NCBI GenBank assembly: GCA_964343075.1
Contig: CAYFGT010000007.1
Span: 4,318 to 68,317, forward strand
Direction: 5' to 3'
Length of the DNA: 64,000 bases
Source: an uncultured Dehalococcoidia bacterium
GTDB taxonomy: Bacteria > Chloroflexota > Dehalococcoidia > Lucifugimonadales > UBA3495
Shown here: positions 40,073 to 50,201 of the stretch, piece after piece
How the letters are laid out: every line of letters begins with the position of its first letter
Position numbering within the stretch: the first letter of the stretch is position 1
Notes under the pieces: model-generated
Databases searched by the model: none
What the model was told of the DNA's origin: nothing
The model's input: the letters and a program-made list of their open reading frames with translations, nothing else
Translations under genes and position numbers: made by a program

Positions 40073-40969
40073 ATGGTAGATGGAACAAACGCAGAGCCCA
40101 AAGAATACGCTATTGAAGAGTTCTTAGTCAAAGAGAAACCCTACTATAAACCGGTAGGTGACGAAGAAGATTTGTTTAATGCAGCGTACAACCAGCATAT
40201 ACCGTTGTTGCTAAAAGGACCAACAGGTTGTGGCAAAACCAGGTTCGTTGAATACATGGCCTGGAAACTTGGTAGACCAATGACTGTTGTTAAAAAAAAT
40301 GGCGCTAAAGGTAAATCTAGTGAGTCAGAGAAGCAAATACCTTTAGTAACCATCGCTTGCCATGAAGACCTTACTGCTAGTGACCTTGTAGGTAGATATT
40401 TATTGGATGCTGAAGGGACTAAATGGATCGATGGGCCAATGACTCGAGCAGTTAAAAATGGCGCCATATTGTATTTAGATGAAGTAGTGGAAGCTCGTAA
40501 AGATACAACGGTTTTAATACATCCCCTGACCGACCACAGAAGAGTATTGCCTGTTGAAAAAACTGGAACTATCATTGAAGCCGACGATAGATTTTTGTTG
40601 TGCATATCGTATAACCCTCACTATCAGAGTGCCTTGAAAGATATCAAGCAAAGTACTAGGCAACGATTCATCTCTGTTGAATTTGATTACCCTCCAGTGG
40701 AAGTGGAGGCTGAAATTGTCTTCCAAGAAAGCGGTTGTACCGAAGAAGAAGCGATGTCTCTAGCCAGGTTGGGTGAAAAAATCAGACATTTGAGAGATAG
40801 TGGACTCCAAGAAGGAGCAAGTACGCGATTGCTTATATATGCAGGTCGTCTGATCAAAGAAGGGATATCTGCTAGAAGGGCCTGTCAAGTGGCTATAGTG
40901 TGGACATTAACTGATGAGCCCGAACTGCAACGAAGCATAGAAGAAGTTGTTTCTTCCATATTTGAGTAA
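40073..40969 (+). CDS. CbbQ/NirQ/NorQ-family MoxR AAA+ ATPase
   Basis: PYY, Walker A GPTGCGKT, CHEDLTASDLVG, W.DGP, Walker B LYLDE, HPLTDHRR, SYNP.YQ, STRQRF, EGASTRLLIYAG. Confidence 0.92.
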   Translation: MVDGTNAEPKEYAIEEFLVKEKPYYKPVGDEEDLFNAAYNQHIPLLLKGPTGCGKTRFVEYMAWKLGRPMTVVKKNGAKGKSSESEKQIPLVTIACHEDLTASDLVGRYLLDAEGTKWIDGPMTRAVKNGAILYLDEVVEARKDTTVLIHPLTDHRRVLPVEKTGTIIEADDRFLLCISYNPHYQSALKDIKQSTRQRFISVEFDYPPVEVEAEIVFQESGCTEEEAMSLARLGEKIRHLRDSGLQEGASTRLLIYAGRLIKEGISARRACQVAIVWTLTDEPELQRSIEEVVSSIFE

Positions 40970-40974
40970 ATATT

Positions 40975-41568
40975 ATGGAATTTTCAGTCACTCGCTTAAA
41001 AGATGTATTGTCTAATAGGCCTGTAGTTGAAGAGAGAGATAATGGCGAATATATGCCTGCTGCTGTGATGGTGTTGGTGTATGAAAAAGATAGCCAGTTT
41101 TGTGTATTGTTAAATCAAAGATCGCAACTGGTTGAGCACCACAAAGGTGAAATGTCGTTTCCCGGAGGAGCGAAAGATCCTGATGATGGCGTGTTTATTA
41201 ATACCGCACTGAGAGAAACTGAAGAAGAAATGGGGATCAAAGTGCAGGACATTACAGTATTAGGACAATTAGACGACACAATCACAAGGAGCAATTTTGT
41301 GGTTAAAGTCTTTGTTGGGACTATTGATTACCCATATGATTTTAATCCTAGTGACATTGAGATTGCTGAGGTTGTAGAGATCCCGATAGGTGAACTGTTG
41401 TCCCCTGAGAATCAATATACAGAGACTCGCTGGGATGGAGTCTCTTCTGTTGATGCTACTTCGTATGGTTATGGTAAATATTTAATCTACGGCGCAACGG
41501 CGACTATATTGTCTCAATTTTTAGAAGTAGTTTCGAATAATTTTAATATGGAGGCACATGTCAATTGA
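40975..41568 (+). CDS. Nudix CoA pyrophosphatase (NudL/NUDT7-like)
   Basis: NuCoA-type motif LLNQRS....HKGEMSFPGG followed by Nudix box TALRETEEEMGI; IYGATA.IL. Confidence 0.9.
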   Translation: MEFSVTRLKDVLSNRPVVEERDNGEYMPAAVMVLVYEKDSQFCVLLNQRSQLVEHHKGEMSFPGGAKDPDDGVFINTALRETEEEMGIKVQDITVLGQLDDTITRSNFVVKVFVGTIDYPYDFNPSDIEIAEVVEIPIGELLSPENQYTETRWDGVSSVDATSYGYGKYLIYGATATILSQFLEVVSNNFNMEAHVN

Positions 41569-44500
41569 GCGCAGAGGATTGGAAAGAATTAGAGTCGTCA
41601 TTAAAGACATTACCAGGTTCTGTAGGTGATGCTTATGAAGAATCCAAAACATTGATGACCGAAATATTTAGTGATGATGAATTGCTATTATGGGGCAAAG
41701 AAGGACTGGCTATAGGAACTCAAACAGTAAGATCTTGGGAAGCAGCGATCGAGTATTTTAATGTAAGTTCGGAAGTTGTTAAATCACTTGCTTTTCCTTC
41801 ATTTATGCAATGGGCTAGGTGTGGGACTCACCTTTCTCAAGATGCCCCGTCATTAGCTTCTTCTTTCTTTTCTGTAAGCCCATCTATTGTTACTAACTTG
41901 CGACCGCAATATATACCAAGATGGGTAGGTTTAGGACGAGGTCTATATAAAGGAACATGGAAATCGGGGAATTTAGCTAGCAAGTTTTTTGAATGTAGTC
42001 CTGAATTGGTTCGTAATTTACCATTTTGGGACGTAGAAATTTTCGCTTCTTTGTTGGAATCCATCTCGAGTAAGTCATATGAAGTTGCGGCCGACTGTTT
42101 GGATCTTGGATCAACAGTGTTACCTGCAATGGGTAGAGAACGAGAGGTATTTCTGTCAATGTTGAGATCTTTAACGGATTCTAGTTGGAGAGAAGTAAAG
42201 AGTTGCCTCGAAGTAGTCCCTAAAGTAGCTAAAGATGTTGAGGATACACAAATAGGACGATTCTTGAAGTTAGGCGAAAGATTAGCTAAATCGGGGATGA
42301 AAGACACTTCTAGATTCATGTCTGATGGGACACAAGCGTTGAGCGGATTACCTCCCAATACTCATGGCAAAATATTAGATTTATGTGATTCACTAGTAGA
42401 AGTAGACTACGATGCAGTACAGCCTTTCTTGAAGAGTTTGGAGATAGTATTGTCTGGGATCACTATCGCTCAATTAGACCAGTGGTTTGAGACTGGATTG
42501 AACTTAATCAAAGAAAATAAAGAAGCAGGATTAGCATTTTATAAGATCGAATCTAATACATCTGAATCTGTTTTGAAAACGTTATCATCTAGTGTGGATT
42601 TAGACCTAATAAAAGGAATTGTCAAATTATATTGTACTGCTCTTACTGGGGAAGACATTGAGATTAGCAATAGCCAAGAATTAGTGGATAAAGGTATTGG
42701 CTGGGTGGACGAGAGCTGGGCATCTACAGATGGTACTCAAGTGTTTCTACCTTCGGTTGTAGACCAGTATGATGACAAGCAATCAAACTTTTCATGGTTT
42801 AAAGTAATCGCAACTCATCAAGTAGGAAGGTTAGAATTTGGTAGCTTTGAATTTCAATTTGATAAAGAATCTAATGTTTTTAGTAACAGAAGATCCGAAA
42901 CCGAGCAGCGTCAAGCAGAAAAGTTATATCAGCTTGGACAACCAGATGAAGGAGGTAATGTACGGACTTACACAGATATAGGTAAATTCCTTAATTTGTT
43001 TGATGAGACGAAATTAGCTTTTGATATTTTTACTGTTCTCGAAGATTGTAGATTGGATTATTTGATAAAGACATTATACCCAGGTATTAAAACTGCCACT
43101 AAACAAATACAAGATGACGCTATTTTACGGCGACCCGAGATAACAGAACTCCCTTTGAAGGAAGCCATGCTCGAATTATTGATACGTTTTAGTTTGGGGC
43201 AATTTAATGGACTGAAGGTCCCGGAAGGATATGAGGAAGTTGTAGGAACATTAGCCAACTTAGTTCATACGTTAGGAAATTCCGATTCCAATATTGAGGA
43301 TTCCGCTGAAGCAACGATAAGGGCATATGAACTAATATCTAAAATAGTGAACGAAACCAAACCTGAAGATGAATGGGAAGATGAAGATCTAGAAGATCAA
43401 TTAGAAGACTTCGATGAAGACGAATTTGAATCTCTGGTGGAGAAGATGCAGCAGTCACTGGAAATGAGTGGAGAAGATGGAGAAGGAGACCCATACGATT
43501 CCCCGTCTCCTGTTGAATACCGCGGTGATTTTAAACCAGAAATGGTACAACTAATTTCTAAATTACAGAGTGACGCAGCAGAAGCTGGAGAAAATCAACC
43601 CCTTACACAAGAAGAGCTTGAGCAATTACTTCAAGAAACAGATGAATTGGAGCTGGATGCGGAGCAAGGCGAAATTGATGCAGGAATGTTTGCTGCCTGG
43701 GTTGAAAATATCATGAAAGAAGCAGGTATGCCTCCACCAGAAGGAGAGCCTGGAGACGGTCAGGCTCCAGTCATGTCTGGAGGAGAAGAAGAAGGTGAAC
43801 TAGAACCACAAGAACCTAAAACTTATGCTTATGATGAATGGGATTTTAGAGCAGATGACTATAAACCTCGGTGGTGCATAGTAAAAGAGAAAATTTTAGA
43901 AGAAGGTGAGCAATCCTTCTATACTGAGGCATTAAGTAACTATTCTGGTTTATTGGCTCATATCAAGCGACAGTTCGAATTGATAATGCCTGAAACTTGG
44001 CGTAAGACGTATAGGCTAGTTGATGGAGAAGATATCGACTTAAATGCCGCATTGGAAGCGGTTTCGGATTTACGTATGGGTGTTCCTCCAGATGACAAGA
44101 TTTATTGGAGACGTAACAAAGTTGAAAGAGATGTTGCCGCAGTTTTTCTCCTAGATATGAGCGCATCTACAGCCGAAGCAATAGATGAAGGGAGGCAAAA
44201 TTCAGACGATACTGATGCGCCCGACGACCCAGTGGAATATATGGTTTGGCTTAGGCGGCGCAGAGAAGGACTTACACGACGTAATTACAAAAGAATTATA
44301 GATCTGGAGAAAGAAAGCACAGCGTTGATTATTCAAGCTATCGAGTCTATAGGAGATCAGTATGGTATATATGGGTTTTCTGGGTATGGGCGAGAGAATG
44401 TTGAATTCTATGTAATAAAAGATATAGATGAGCCTTTTAATGACAAAATAAAGCGGCGTATAGACAAGATTACTCCGTTACATGCCACTAGGATGGGGGC

Positions 44501-44816
44501 ATCCATAAGGCATGCGATCACTAAACTAGAAGATAAAGATGCTACCACTAAGATCATGTTTTTAATTAGCGATGGACGACCTCAAGATCGAGGCTACAGT
44601 AGAGAAGGGGTAGAGAAAGAATATGCTGTACATGATACGCATCAAGCATTAATTGAAGCACGGCGTAAGAATATTATACCGTTTTGCTTGACAGTCGATA
44701 AGGCCGGACACGACTATCTGAAAGAAATGTGTGGCGACATGGGATACGAAGTACTAGATAATATTTGGTCTCTTCCGGAACGTCTTCCCATGGTGTACAG
44801 AAATTTAACTAAGTAG
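41565..44816 (+). CDS. CbbO/NorD-like VWA-domain protein with N-terminal helical repeats and acidic linker
   Basis: FTVLEDCR, YDEWD....DY.P.WC, DGEDIDL.A, MIDAS DMSAS...TRMG..IRHA...SDGRP.D, FCLTVD, LPERLP.VY. Confidence 0.9.
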   Translation: MSAEDWKELESSLKTLPGSVGDAYEESKTLMTEIFSDDELLLWGKEGLAIGTQTVRSWEAAIEYFNVSSEVVKSLAFPSFMQWARCGTHLSQDAPSLASSFFSVSPSIVTNLRPQYIPRWVGLGRGLYKGTWKSGNLASKFFECSPELVRNLPFWDVEIFASLLESISSKSYEVAADCLDLGSTVLPAMGREREVFLSMLRSLTDSSWREVKSCLEVVPKVAKDVEDTQIGRFLKLGERLAKSGMKDTSRFMSDGTQALSGLPPNTHGKILDLCDSLVEVDYDAVQPFLKSLEIVLSGITIAQLDQWFETGLNLIKENKEAGLAFYKIESNTSESVLKTLSSSVDLDLIKGIVKLYCTALTGEDIEISNSQELVDKGIGWVDESWASTDGTQVFLPSVVDQYDDKQSNFSWFKVIATHQVGRLEFGSFEFQFDKESNVFSNRRSETEQRQAEKLYQLGQPDEGGNVRTYTDIGKFLNLFDETKLAFDIFTVLEDCRLDYLIKTLYPGIKTATKQIQDDAILRRPEITELPLKEAMLELLIRFSLGQFNGLKVPEGYEEVVGTLANLVHTLGNSDSNIEDSAEATIRAYELISKIVNETKPEDEWEDEDLEDQLEDFDEDEFESLVEKMQQSLEMSGEDGEGDPYDSPSPVEYRGDFKPEMVQLISKLQSDAAEAGENQPLTQEELEQLLQETDELELDAEQGEIDAGMFAAWVENIMKEAGMPPPEGEPGDGQAPVMSGGEEEGELEPQEPKTYAYDEWDFRADDYKPRWCIVKEKILEEGEQSFYTEALSNYSGLLAHIKRQFELIMPETWRKTYRLVDGEDIDLNAALEAVSDLRMGVPPDDKIYWRRNKVERDVAAVFLLDMSASTAEAIDEGRQNSDDTDAPDDPVEYMVWLRRRREGLTRRNYKRIIDLEKESTALIIQAIESIGDQYGIYGFSGYGRENVEFYVIKDIDEPFNDKIKRRIDKITPLHATRMGASIRHAITKLEDKDATTKIMFLISDGRPQDRGYSREGVEKEYAVHDTHQALIEARRKNIIPFCLTVDKAGHDYLKEMCGDMGYEVLDNIWSLPERLPMVYRNLTK

Positions 44817-46025
44817 CTTAGCAAGTTCTATTAGAGCAGTATTGGCAGCTCTTCGTTTGATGGTAATCCTTCGTGCTGGTACGGTTGTTGATGTTTCAAA
44901 TATAGTGTCAGCGGTTGCAATTGATATATATAACATGGCTGATCTGATTGTTGTGTTATCGGTAGGTTCACTCTCACTAATTAAACCGATTCCTATATCG
45001 GTATCCATTTCTTCCCTGATACATTTTGCCATTTGATTGGCAGTGCTTTGGCTGATACTTGTAACTTTGTTATCTGAACTTAAGGATAACCCTAAATGGT
45101 ATATGTCTGAATCTGTGCTTACCATGCCTCCTTTGTAGACCTGGTTATGTCCTTCCATTTGGGTCAGCAAGTCAGCCAACATACCTCCTGTGCAGCCATC
45201 CCATGTTGAAAGGGTGAGGTTATTGTCCCTTAATAATTTTCTACAAGATTCAGATGGGGTATCGTCATCAAATCCCCATATATAATCTTTTAATTGGCCT
45301 TTTATAGATTCTTCCATTGGGTGTAGTATTTCCAGAGCTTCAGGTTCTGTTTGAGCTTTTGAAATCATGCGAAGATGGATCCCATCTTGTTTGGAATATA
45401 TACCTAGATATGGATTAGTTTGCCCAAAGTGTTTTGTCAATAATTCGTCTATACGACCTTCAGACATACCCAATGTTTTTATTGTTCGGGTAAGTGTTAT
45501 TTCACCTGTAGTAAGCTGTTTTAGTTTAGGTTCAACTTGTTCTAGCCACAAAGGATTCATCTCTCCAGGAGGTCCCGGAAGGTTTATGATGATTTTACCG
45601 TTCTTCTCGGACCACCACCCAGGAGCTGTACCATATTTATTAGGGATGAATTCGGCTGACGGTATTAGGTGGGCCTGTTTGATATTGGTTTTAGGCATTA
45701 CTTGCCCTCTGGAAGCGAAATATTCTGTCAGTTGTTCCACAATGTCGTTTTGCACACTGGGTGTCTCGTTTAAAACTGCAGCAACTGCTTCTCTAGTTAG
45801 ATCATCCTGAGTTGGTCCAAGGCCTCCTGTTGTAACAACTAGATCTGATCTGGAAAGCGCTAAAGATATGGTTTCTACCAATCTATTTATATTGTCACCA
45901 ACTATGGAGATTTGATTAAGAGAAATTCCAAGTTTGGGAAGCTTAGTGGCTATCCATGCGGCATTGGTATCTGTTAATTCGCCCATCAACAGCTCATGCC
46001 CGATAGATAAAATATCAGCTTTCAT
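44805..46025 (-). CDS. cinA: CinA family protein (MoCF-like N-domain, degenerate PncC C-domain)
   Basis: SIG.ELL.G...DTN, VGDN, TGGLGPT.DDLT, N..GTAPG, LPGPP.EM; C-domain DGCTGG in place of ESCTGG. Confidence 0.88.
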   Translation of the reverse strand: MKADILSIGHELLMGELTDTNAAWIATKLPKLGISLNQISIVGDNINRLVETISLALSRSDLVVTTGGLGPTQDDLTREAVAAVLNETPSVQNDIVEQLTEYFASRGQVMPKTNIKQAHLIPSAEFIPNKYGTAPGWWSEKNGKIIINLPGPPGEMNPLWLEQVEPKLKQLTTGEITLTRTIKTLGMSEGRIDELLTKHFGQTNPYLGIYSKQDGIHLRMISKAQTEPEALEILHPMEESIKGQLKDYIWGFDDDTPSESCRKLLRDNNLTLSTWDGCTGGMLADLLTQMEGHNQVYKGGMVSTDSDIYHLGLSLSSDNKVTSISQSTANQMAKCIREEMDTDIGIGLISESEPTDNTTIRSAMLYISIATADTIFETSTTVPARRITIKRRAANTALIELAKLLS

Positions 46026-46029
46026 GATT

Positions 46030-46584
46030 CTAATCGGCTTGTTGAGCTGGGGTATATGGCGGATTAACGGCTAAGTCATTGATGACCCTAGCCCACATTT
46101 CTGCCACAGTAAAAATACTTGATTCAGTGGTTAGTCTTACGTATTGGCTGTTGTTGTCTGGGGTTGTATCTCCAAGATGGAACTCAAATATATGTCCACC
46201 TTTTTCCGTCACTTTTACGATGGATTCAGGCGGATCCAGCCCGTATGAAGACAAAGGCTCTTTTGCTTCTAGCAACTCCCGTTCAATTTGTGGTCCTCCA
46301 AGCAGGAAAGGTGTACCACTCCATTTGGGTCCATACACTTGCACAGGAGGATCGTCATCAATGAGCCATATCCAGGAATTGCTACCCGGGGGATTATTTT
46401 TTACAAACTTTACGTGGTTCTCTTTGTAAGTTACTTCGATCTCTATTATATCTGTGTCAGATATTTTGTAGAGCCATTCTCTTTCTACATGTTCTTTATC
46501 GGGTTTATTCGCCCAGTAGTACGCTGCAGAACCTCCAACTATAGCCAAAACTGCTACCAGCAAGATTGTGAGTCTGAAGTTCAT
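46030..46584 (-). CDS. DUF4340-type membrane-anchored protein of a Gld-like ABC module
   Basis: N-terminal TM helix; L..YGLD.P and G..TP....YV motifs; last gene of the gldAFG-like operon. Confidence 0.7.
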   Translation of the reverse strand: MNFRLTILLVAVLAIVGGSAAYYWANKPDKEHVEREWLYKISDTDIIEIEVTYKENHVKFVKNNPPGSNSWIWLIDDDPPVQVYGPKWSGTPFLLGGPQIERELLEAKEPLSSYGLDPPESIVKVTEKGGHIFEFHLGDTTPDNNSQYVRLTTESSIFTVAEMWARVINDLAVNPPYTPAQQAD

Positions 46585-46587
46585 TAT

Positions 46588-48405
46588 TTATCTCCTAATC
46601 CACCACATGGATAGTGCTGCGAGAGCTAATAGTCCAGGTAATATGAACCAGGAAGAAAATCTCACAAAGTCATATTCATTGGCGTCAAGATTAAATTCTC
46701 GGTAAACAAATGCTCGGTCTCTGATTGATATTAGAGAATAATCCCCTAGTACATAATTCACGGTATTCAGCAACAAATTGGTACCGCTCCCTCTTTCTAA
46801 GAAAGTGTTGGAAGCGAAATCTGAATCTCCAAAAATTGCGATGTGTGTTAATTGATTTGGATCTGGAGCGCCAGATAATGGCGCTGCACCGAGCTGACCA
46901 ACTGCTAACATATAAGCTGATGAGAAAAATGGTCCCATGGGGTCTGCATTTTCTTCACCAGGGGGTACAGGCTCTGTCCGTTCAGTGTCATCAATTAAGA
47001 AGCTTAAAGGAGAGGTTACAGTTAATGGTACAGGCCATCGGAGATCGTCTTGAATCGGGACTAAGCTCGTTGCTCCAGGCATATATATTTGGCCAAGCTG
47101 GCCGCTTTCTGGGCTAGTAATGCTTCGCAAGGCATCGACCATTATGGTTGCCTGGTCTGGCGGTAGGAGCTCAAAATCTTCTGCCCTGATTTGGTTTAAG
47201 TTCATGGGTTCTGCTCGCAGAATGTTGGGATTATCACTTACGCCTAATTCTAAATCTAGGATATATCCTGGTTGTAGGATTATTCCCCACATCGCCATTA
47301 GAGCTTTGAATGATTCTGGGGTATTAGGTTCTCCTAGGAATATTAGTCGGCTAGATTCTCTCCGGGGAGTATCATCCGGATTCTTCCCTTGGAGGAATTT
47401 ATGAATAACTTCCGCATGATGATCTGGTAGTTCTAGAGTAGGTCCAGGTATGACTAAAAGAGCTGCGTTTTCAGGCACTGAAACGTTTTCATCGGTTGGG
47501 TCCCATGTCAAAATCTCAGTATGGTAATTATCTTGGTTTAGGATTTCTTTAAAAGTAGAGTAGCCCTTTGCAGATGAACTTAGAATGGATTTTTCCCCGT
47601 GTCCTTCAAGGAAATATATCGTTTTTTGCCCTTTGCTGGTAGCAATCAGCATACTTGTGTAAAGATCTTGTTCTAGTTGACTATAATCAATGTCACTTGG
47701 TTGGACAATAGATGTTAGTTCGGGATTGTCAGAAAACACCACTATGGATTCGTATGCATTGACTCCATAAGATCTAGCCAAATCAGGTTCTAGATCTGGG
47801 TCGCGAACCTCGTAAGAAAAGTCACTCGATCGTTTGGAGAATTCACTTAGCATATCGGATACTTTTGAGAATCGAGAAATGGCGTCGACATTTTCACTAA
47901 TGTCAGAAGGGTAGAAAGCGATAGCTTTTACGGGTGATCCTAATTCATCAAGCAATTCTTTTGTGCTTGGTGCTAGGCTGAACTGATTATTGGCTGTTAA
48001 GTCGAAGCGTTTATTATTTTCGATAGATAATAAATTAAGTATTATGACGATTATTATAAAAGCGCTGATCATTATTAGCGTGTTGGTGCCGTACTTTCCA
48101 CTTCTACTAAGGAATGCGGAAGTAACTTTGCTTAATGAAATGCCACCCATTAGGACCAGAAGCGACATCCCGAGGCCTATCAGTATAAGAGCGTATGGGG
48201 TTAGCGTCTCGATAAATAAAAGAATTATTAGCCCTAATATGGTTGAGAATACTGCCCCGATTAATATGGGCGTGGCATAACTACTTAATAAGTCTAGTAT
48301 GGATTTTAGCCGGCCTTGGGTTTCCAAAGGTGTTGAACTTGATTGGGCGGCTCGTTCAGCTCTGCTGAGGCGTCGCCAATCTCGATTGTTGTTTGGGTTT
48401 TGCAA
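46588..48405 (-). CDS. GldG-like ABC auxiliary protein
   Basis: RFDLT.N..FSL...T, DPD..P..A..YGV, YFL.GHGE, GDSDF.SN, N.VNY, C-terminal TM ending W.RR. Confidence 0.85.
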   Translation of the reverse strand: MQNPNNNRDWRRLSRAERAAQSSSTPLETQGRLKSILDLLSSYATPILIGAVFSTILGLIILLFIETLTPYALILIGLGMSLLVLMGGISLSKVTSAFLSRSGKYGTNTLIMISAFIIIVIILNLLSIENNKRFDLTANNQFSLAPSTKELLDELGSPVKAIAFYPSDISENVDAISRFSKVSDMLSEFSKRSSDFSYEVRDPDLEPDLARSYGVNAYESIVVFSDNPELTSIVQPSDIDYSQLEQDLYTSMLIATSKGQKTIYFLEGHGEKSILSSSAKGYSTFKEILNQDNYHTEILTWDPTDENVSVPENAALLVIPGPTLELPDHHAEVIHKFLQGKNPDDTPRRESSRLIFLGEPNTPESFKALMAMWGIILQPGYILDLELGVSDNPNILRAEPMNLNQIRAEDFELLPPDQATIMVDALRSITSPESGQLGQIYMPGATSLVPIQDDLRWPVPLTVTSPLSFLIDDTERTEPVPPGEENADPMGPFFSSAYMLAVGQLGAAPLSGAPDPNQLTHIAIFGDSDFASNTFLERGSGTNLLLNTVNYVLGDYSLISIRDRAFVYREFNLDANEYDFVRFSSWFILPGLLALAALSMWWIRR

Positions 48406-48406
48406 C

Positions 48407-49150
48407 TTACCTCCACCGACGCGATTCTAAAATTCTTATAGATAAGAAAATGAATAGTAATGTGATAGTTACGAAATAAACAATATCATGTGAATCAATG
48501 ATTCCTTTGTGAAAATCATCGAAATGGCTCTTTATACCAATCTCTTGTATAAAAGTGGACCAGAATCCCGTTACGACTGTAGATGCATAGTCTGCAAAAT
48601 ACAGGATTAATAAAATCCCCATGGCAACGACTGCTGAAACAATCTGATTACTATTTAAGGTAGAGGCTAGTAATCCTATTGATAAAGTTAATGCACCGTA
48701 TAGAATCAATCCCAAATAGCCGGAGTATATTGGTCCTGGGTCTGGGTCAGCTAATAAAAATAGTAATATGGGATAATATAGTGTGAGCCCAATCATGAAC
48801 AATAGGAATATGAAACTGGCTATGAATTTACCTATGATTATCTCCCAATCTCGAACAGGTGAAGTAAGCAGTAATTCGATTGTGCCTAATTTTTGCTCTT
48901 CAGAAATCAGCCGCATGGTCAGGATAGGAGCAATCAAAATCAAAATTAGAGTGACGCCCCCGAATGTTGTTTGACCAAAATCTAGGCCTACAAAAAATCT
49001 GGTTAACGATGCTTCAGGGAACGGATTGCCTAAATCTATTGTGAAGAAAATGCCTGTTCCTATTAAGAAGATCATGCCGACGATGTAACCAGTAGGGCTT
49101 GTAAAGAAAGATAAAATTTCTTTGGTAATGATTGCTCGTAGTCCTCGCAT
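48407..49150 (-). CDS. GldF-like ABC-2 permease
   Basis: KE..SFF.SP..Y, PILTMRLISEE.KLGTIELLLTSP, IGKF.A, NQIVSA, HFDDF.KGIID, LESRRWR. Confidence 0.9.
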   Translation of the reverse strand: MRGLRAIITKEILSFFTSPTGYIVGMIFLIGTGIFFTIDLGNPFPEASLTRFFVGLDFGQTTFGGVTLILILIAPILTMRLISEEQKLGTIELLLTSPVRDWEIIIGKFIASFIFLLFMIGLTLYYPILLFLLADPDPGPIYSGYLGLILYGALTLSIGLLASTLNSNQIVSAVVAMGILLILYFADYASTVVTGFWSTFIQEIGIKSHFDDFHKGIIDSHDIVYFVTITLLFIFLSIRILESRRWR

Positions 49151-50110
49151 TTAAACTCCTTCGGTTGTGGTGAGTTTTAGGAAAATTTGCTCCAAACTCA
49201 TGGAATTTAATTGTATGCTTAATAGGCTACAGTTGTTCTCAATGATCACTCTTGATATTTCGTCTCTAACGTCATATCCATCAGCTACTGATATTTCGAA
49301 AGTGGTATTCTCACTGTCTCTTATTCTCCTCACATCAGTCACCCCTTCAATGTTTTCTAGGACGGGTTGGATTTTTGTATTTGTGTTGGTAATTTCTACT
49401 AATATTTGTTGCGTTGCTTGTAACCTCGTGGCTAAATTGTCGGGTGTGTCCTCTGCGACGATTTGGCCTTGGTTTATGATCAATACTCTTCCACATACCA
49501 TGCTGACCTCTGGCAAGATGTGACTGCTCAATACTACCGTTTGTTGCTTGCCAATATCTTGGATTAGTCTTCTGGTTTCTACCACTTGAATTGGATCTAT
49601 GCCGATAGTTGGTTCATCCATAACAAGAATTTCTGGTTCATGTAAAATTGCTTGAGCAATACCCACTCTTTGCCGATAACCCTTAGATAACTTCCCTACT
49701 ATCGTTTTGTAGTAATCTTGTAATCTGCAAATTTCAACCACATTGTTAATTTGGTCATTGATACTTCTTCGTGACATCCCTCTGAGTGATCCCATAAAGC
49801 TTAAATAATTCTTTACGGTCATGTCGGTGTGGAGTGGTACAGTTTCAGGTAAATACCCAATCTTCTTACGACATTCTAATGAATCTTTGACAATATCCAT
49901 GCCATCAATTTGGACAGTCCCTCTTGTCGGAGGCATGTATCCTGTTAGTATCCTCATAGTGGTTGTTTTACCTGCGCCATTAGGACCTAAAAACCCAAGT
50001 ATTTCACCTCGTTGGACCTTGAAATCAACATTATCTATGGCAGGTTGTGGCCCATAGTAATGCGTCAAGTTGTCAGCTTCGATAATAAAATCTAAGTTTT
50101 CAGTAGTCAT
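49151..50110 (-). CDS. GldA-like ABC transporter ATP-binding protein
   Basis: GPNGAGKTT, LSKGYRQRVG, MDEPT.GIDP, SSHIL.EV. Confidence 0.93.
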   Translation of the reverse strand: MTTENLDFIIEADNLTHYYGPQPAIDNVDFKVQRGEILGFLGPNGAGKTTTMRILTGYMPPTRGTVQIDGMDIVKDSLECRKKIGYLPETVPLHTDMTVKNYLSFMGSLRGMSRRSINDQINNVVEICRLQDYYKTIVGKLSKGYRQRVGIAQAILHEPEILVMDEPTIGIDPIQVVETRRLIQDIGKQQTVVLSSHILPEVSMVCGRVLIINQGQIVAEDTPDNLATRLQATQQILVEITNTNTKIQPVLENIEGVTDVRRIRDSENTTFEISVADGYDVRDEISRVIIENNCSLLSIQLNSMSLEQIFLKLTTTEGV

Positions 50111-50201
50111 ATTGTTACCTAAAGTGGCATTTTATTTATTAAATTGTACTATAAGTTGAGGAATGATATTCTATACGACGAATTTTGCCAAGGGGATGTA
50201 T

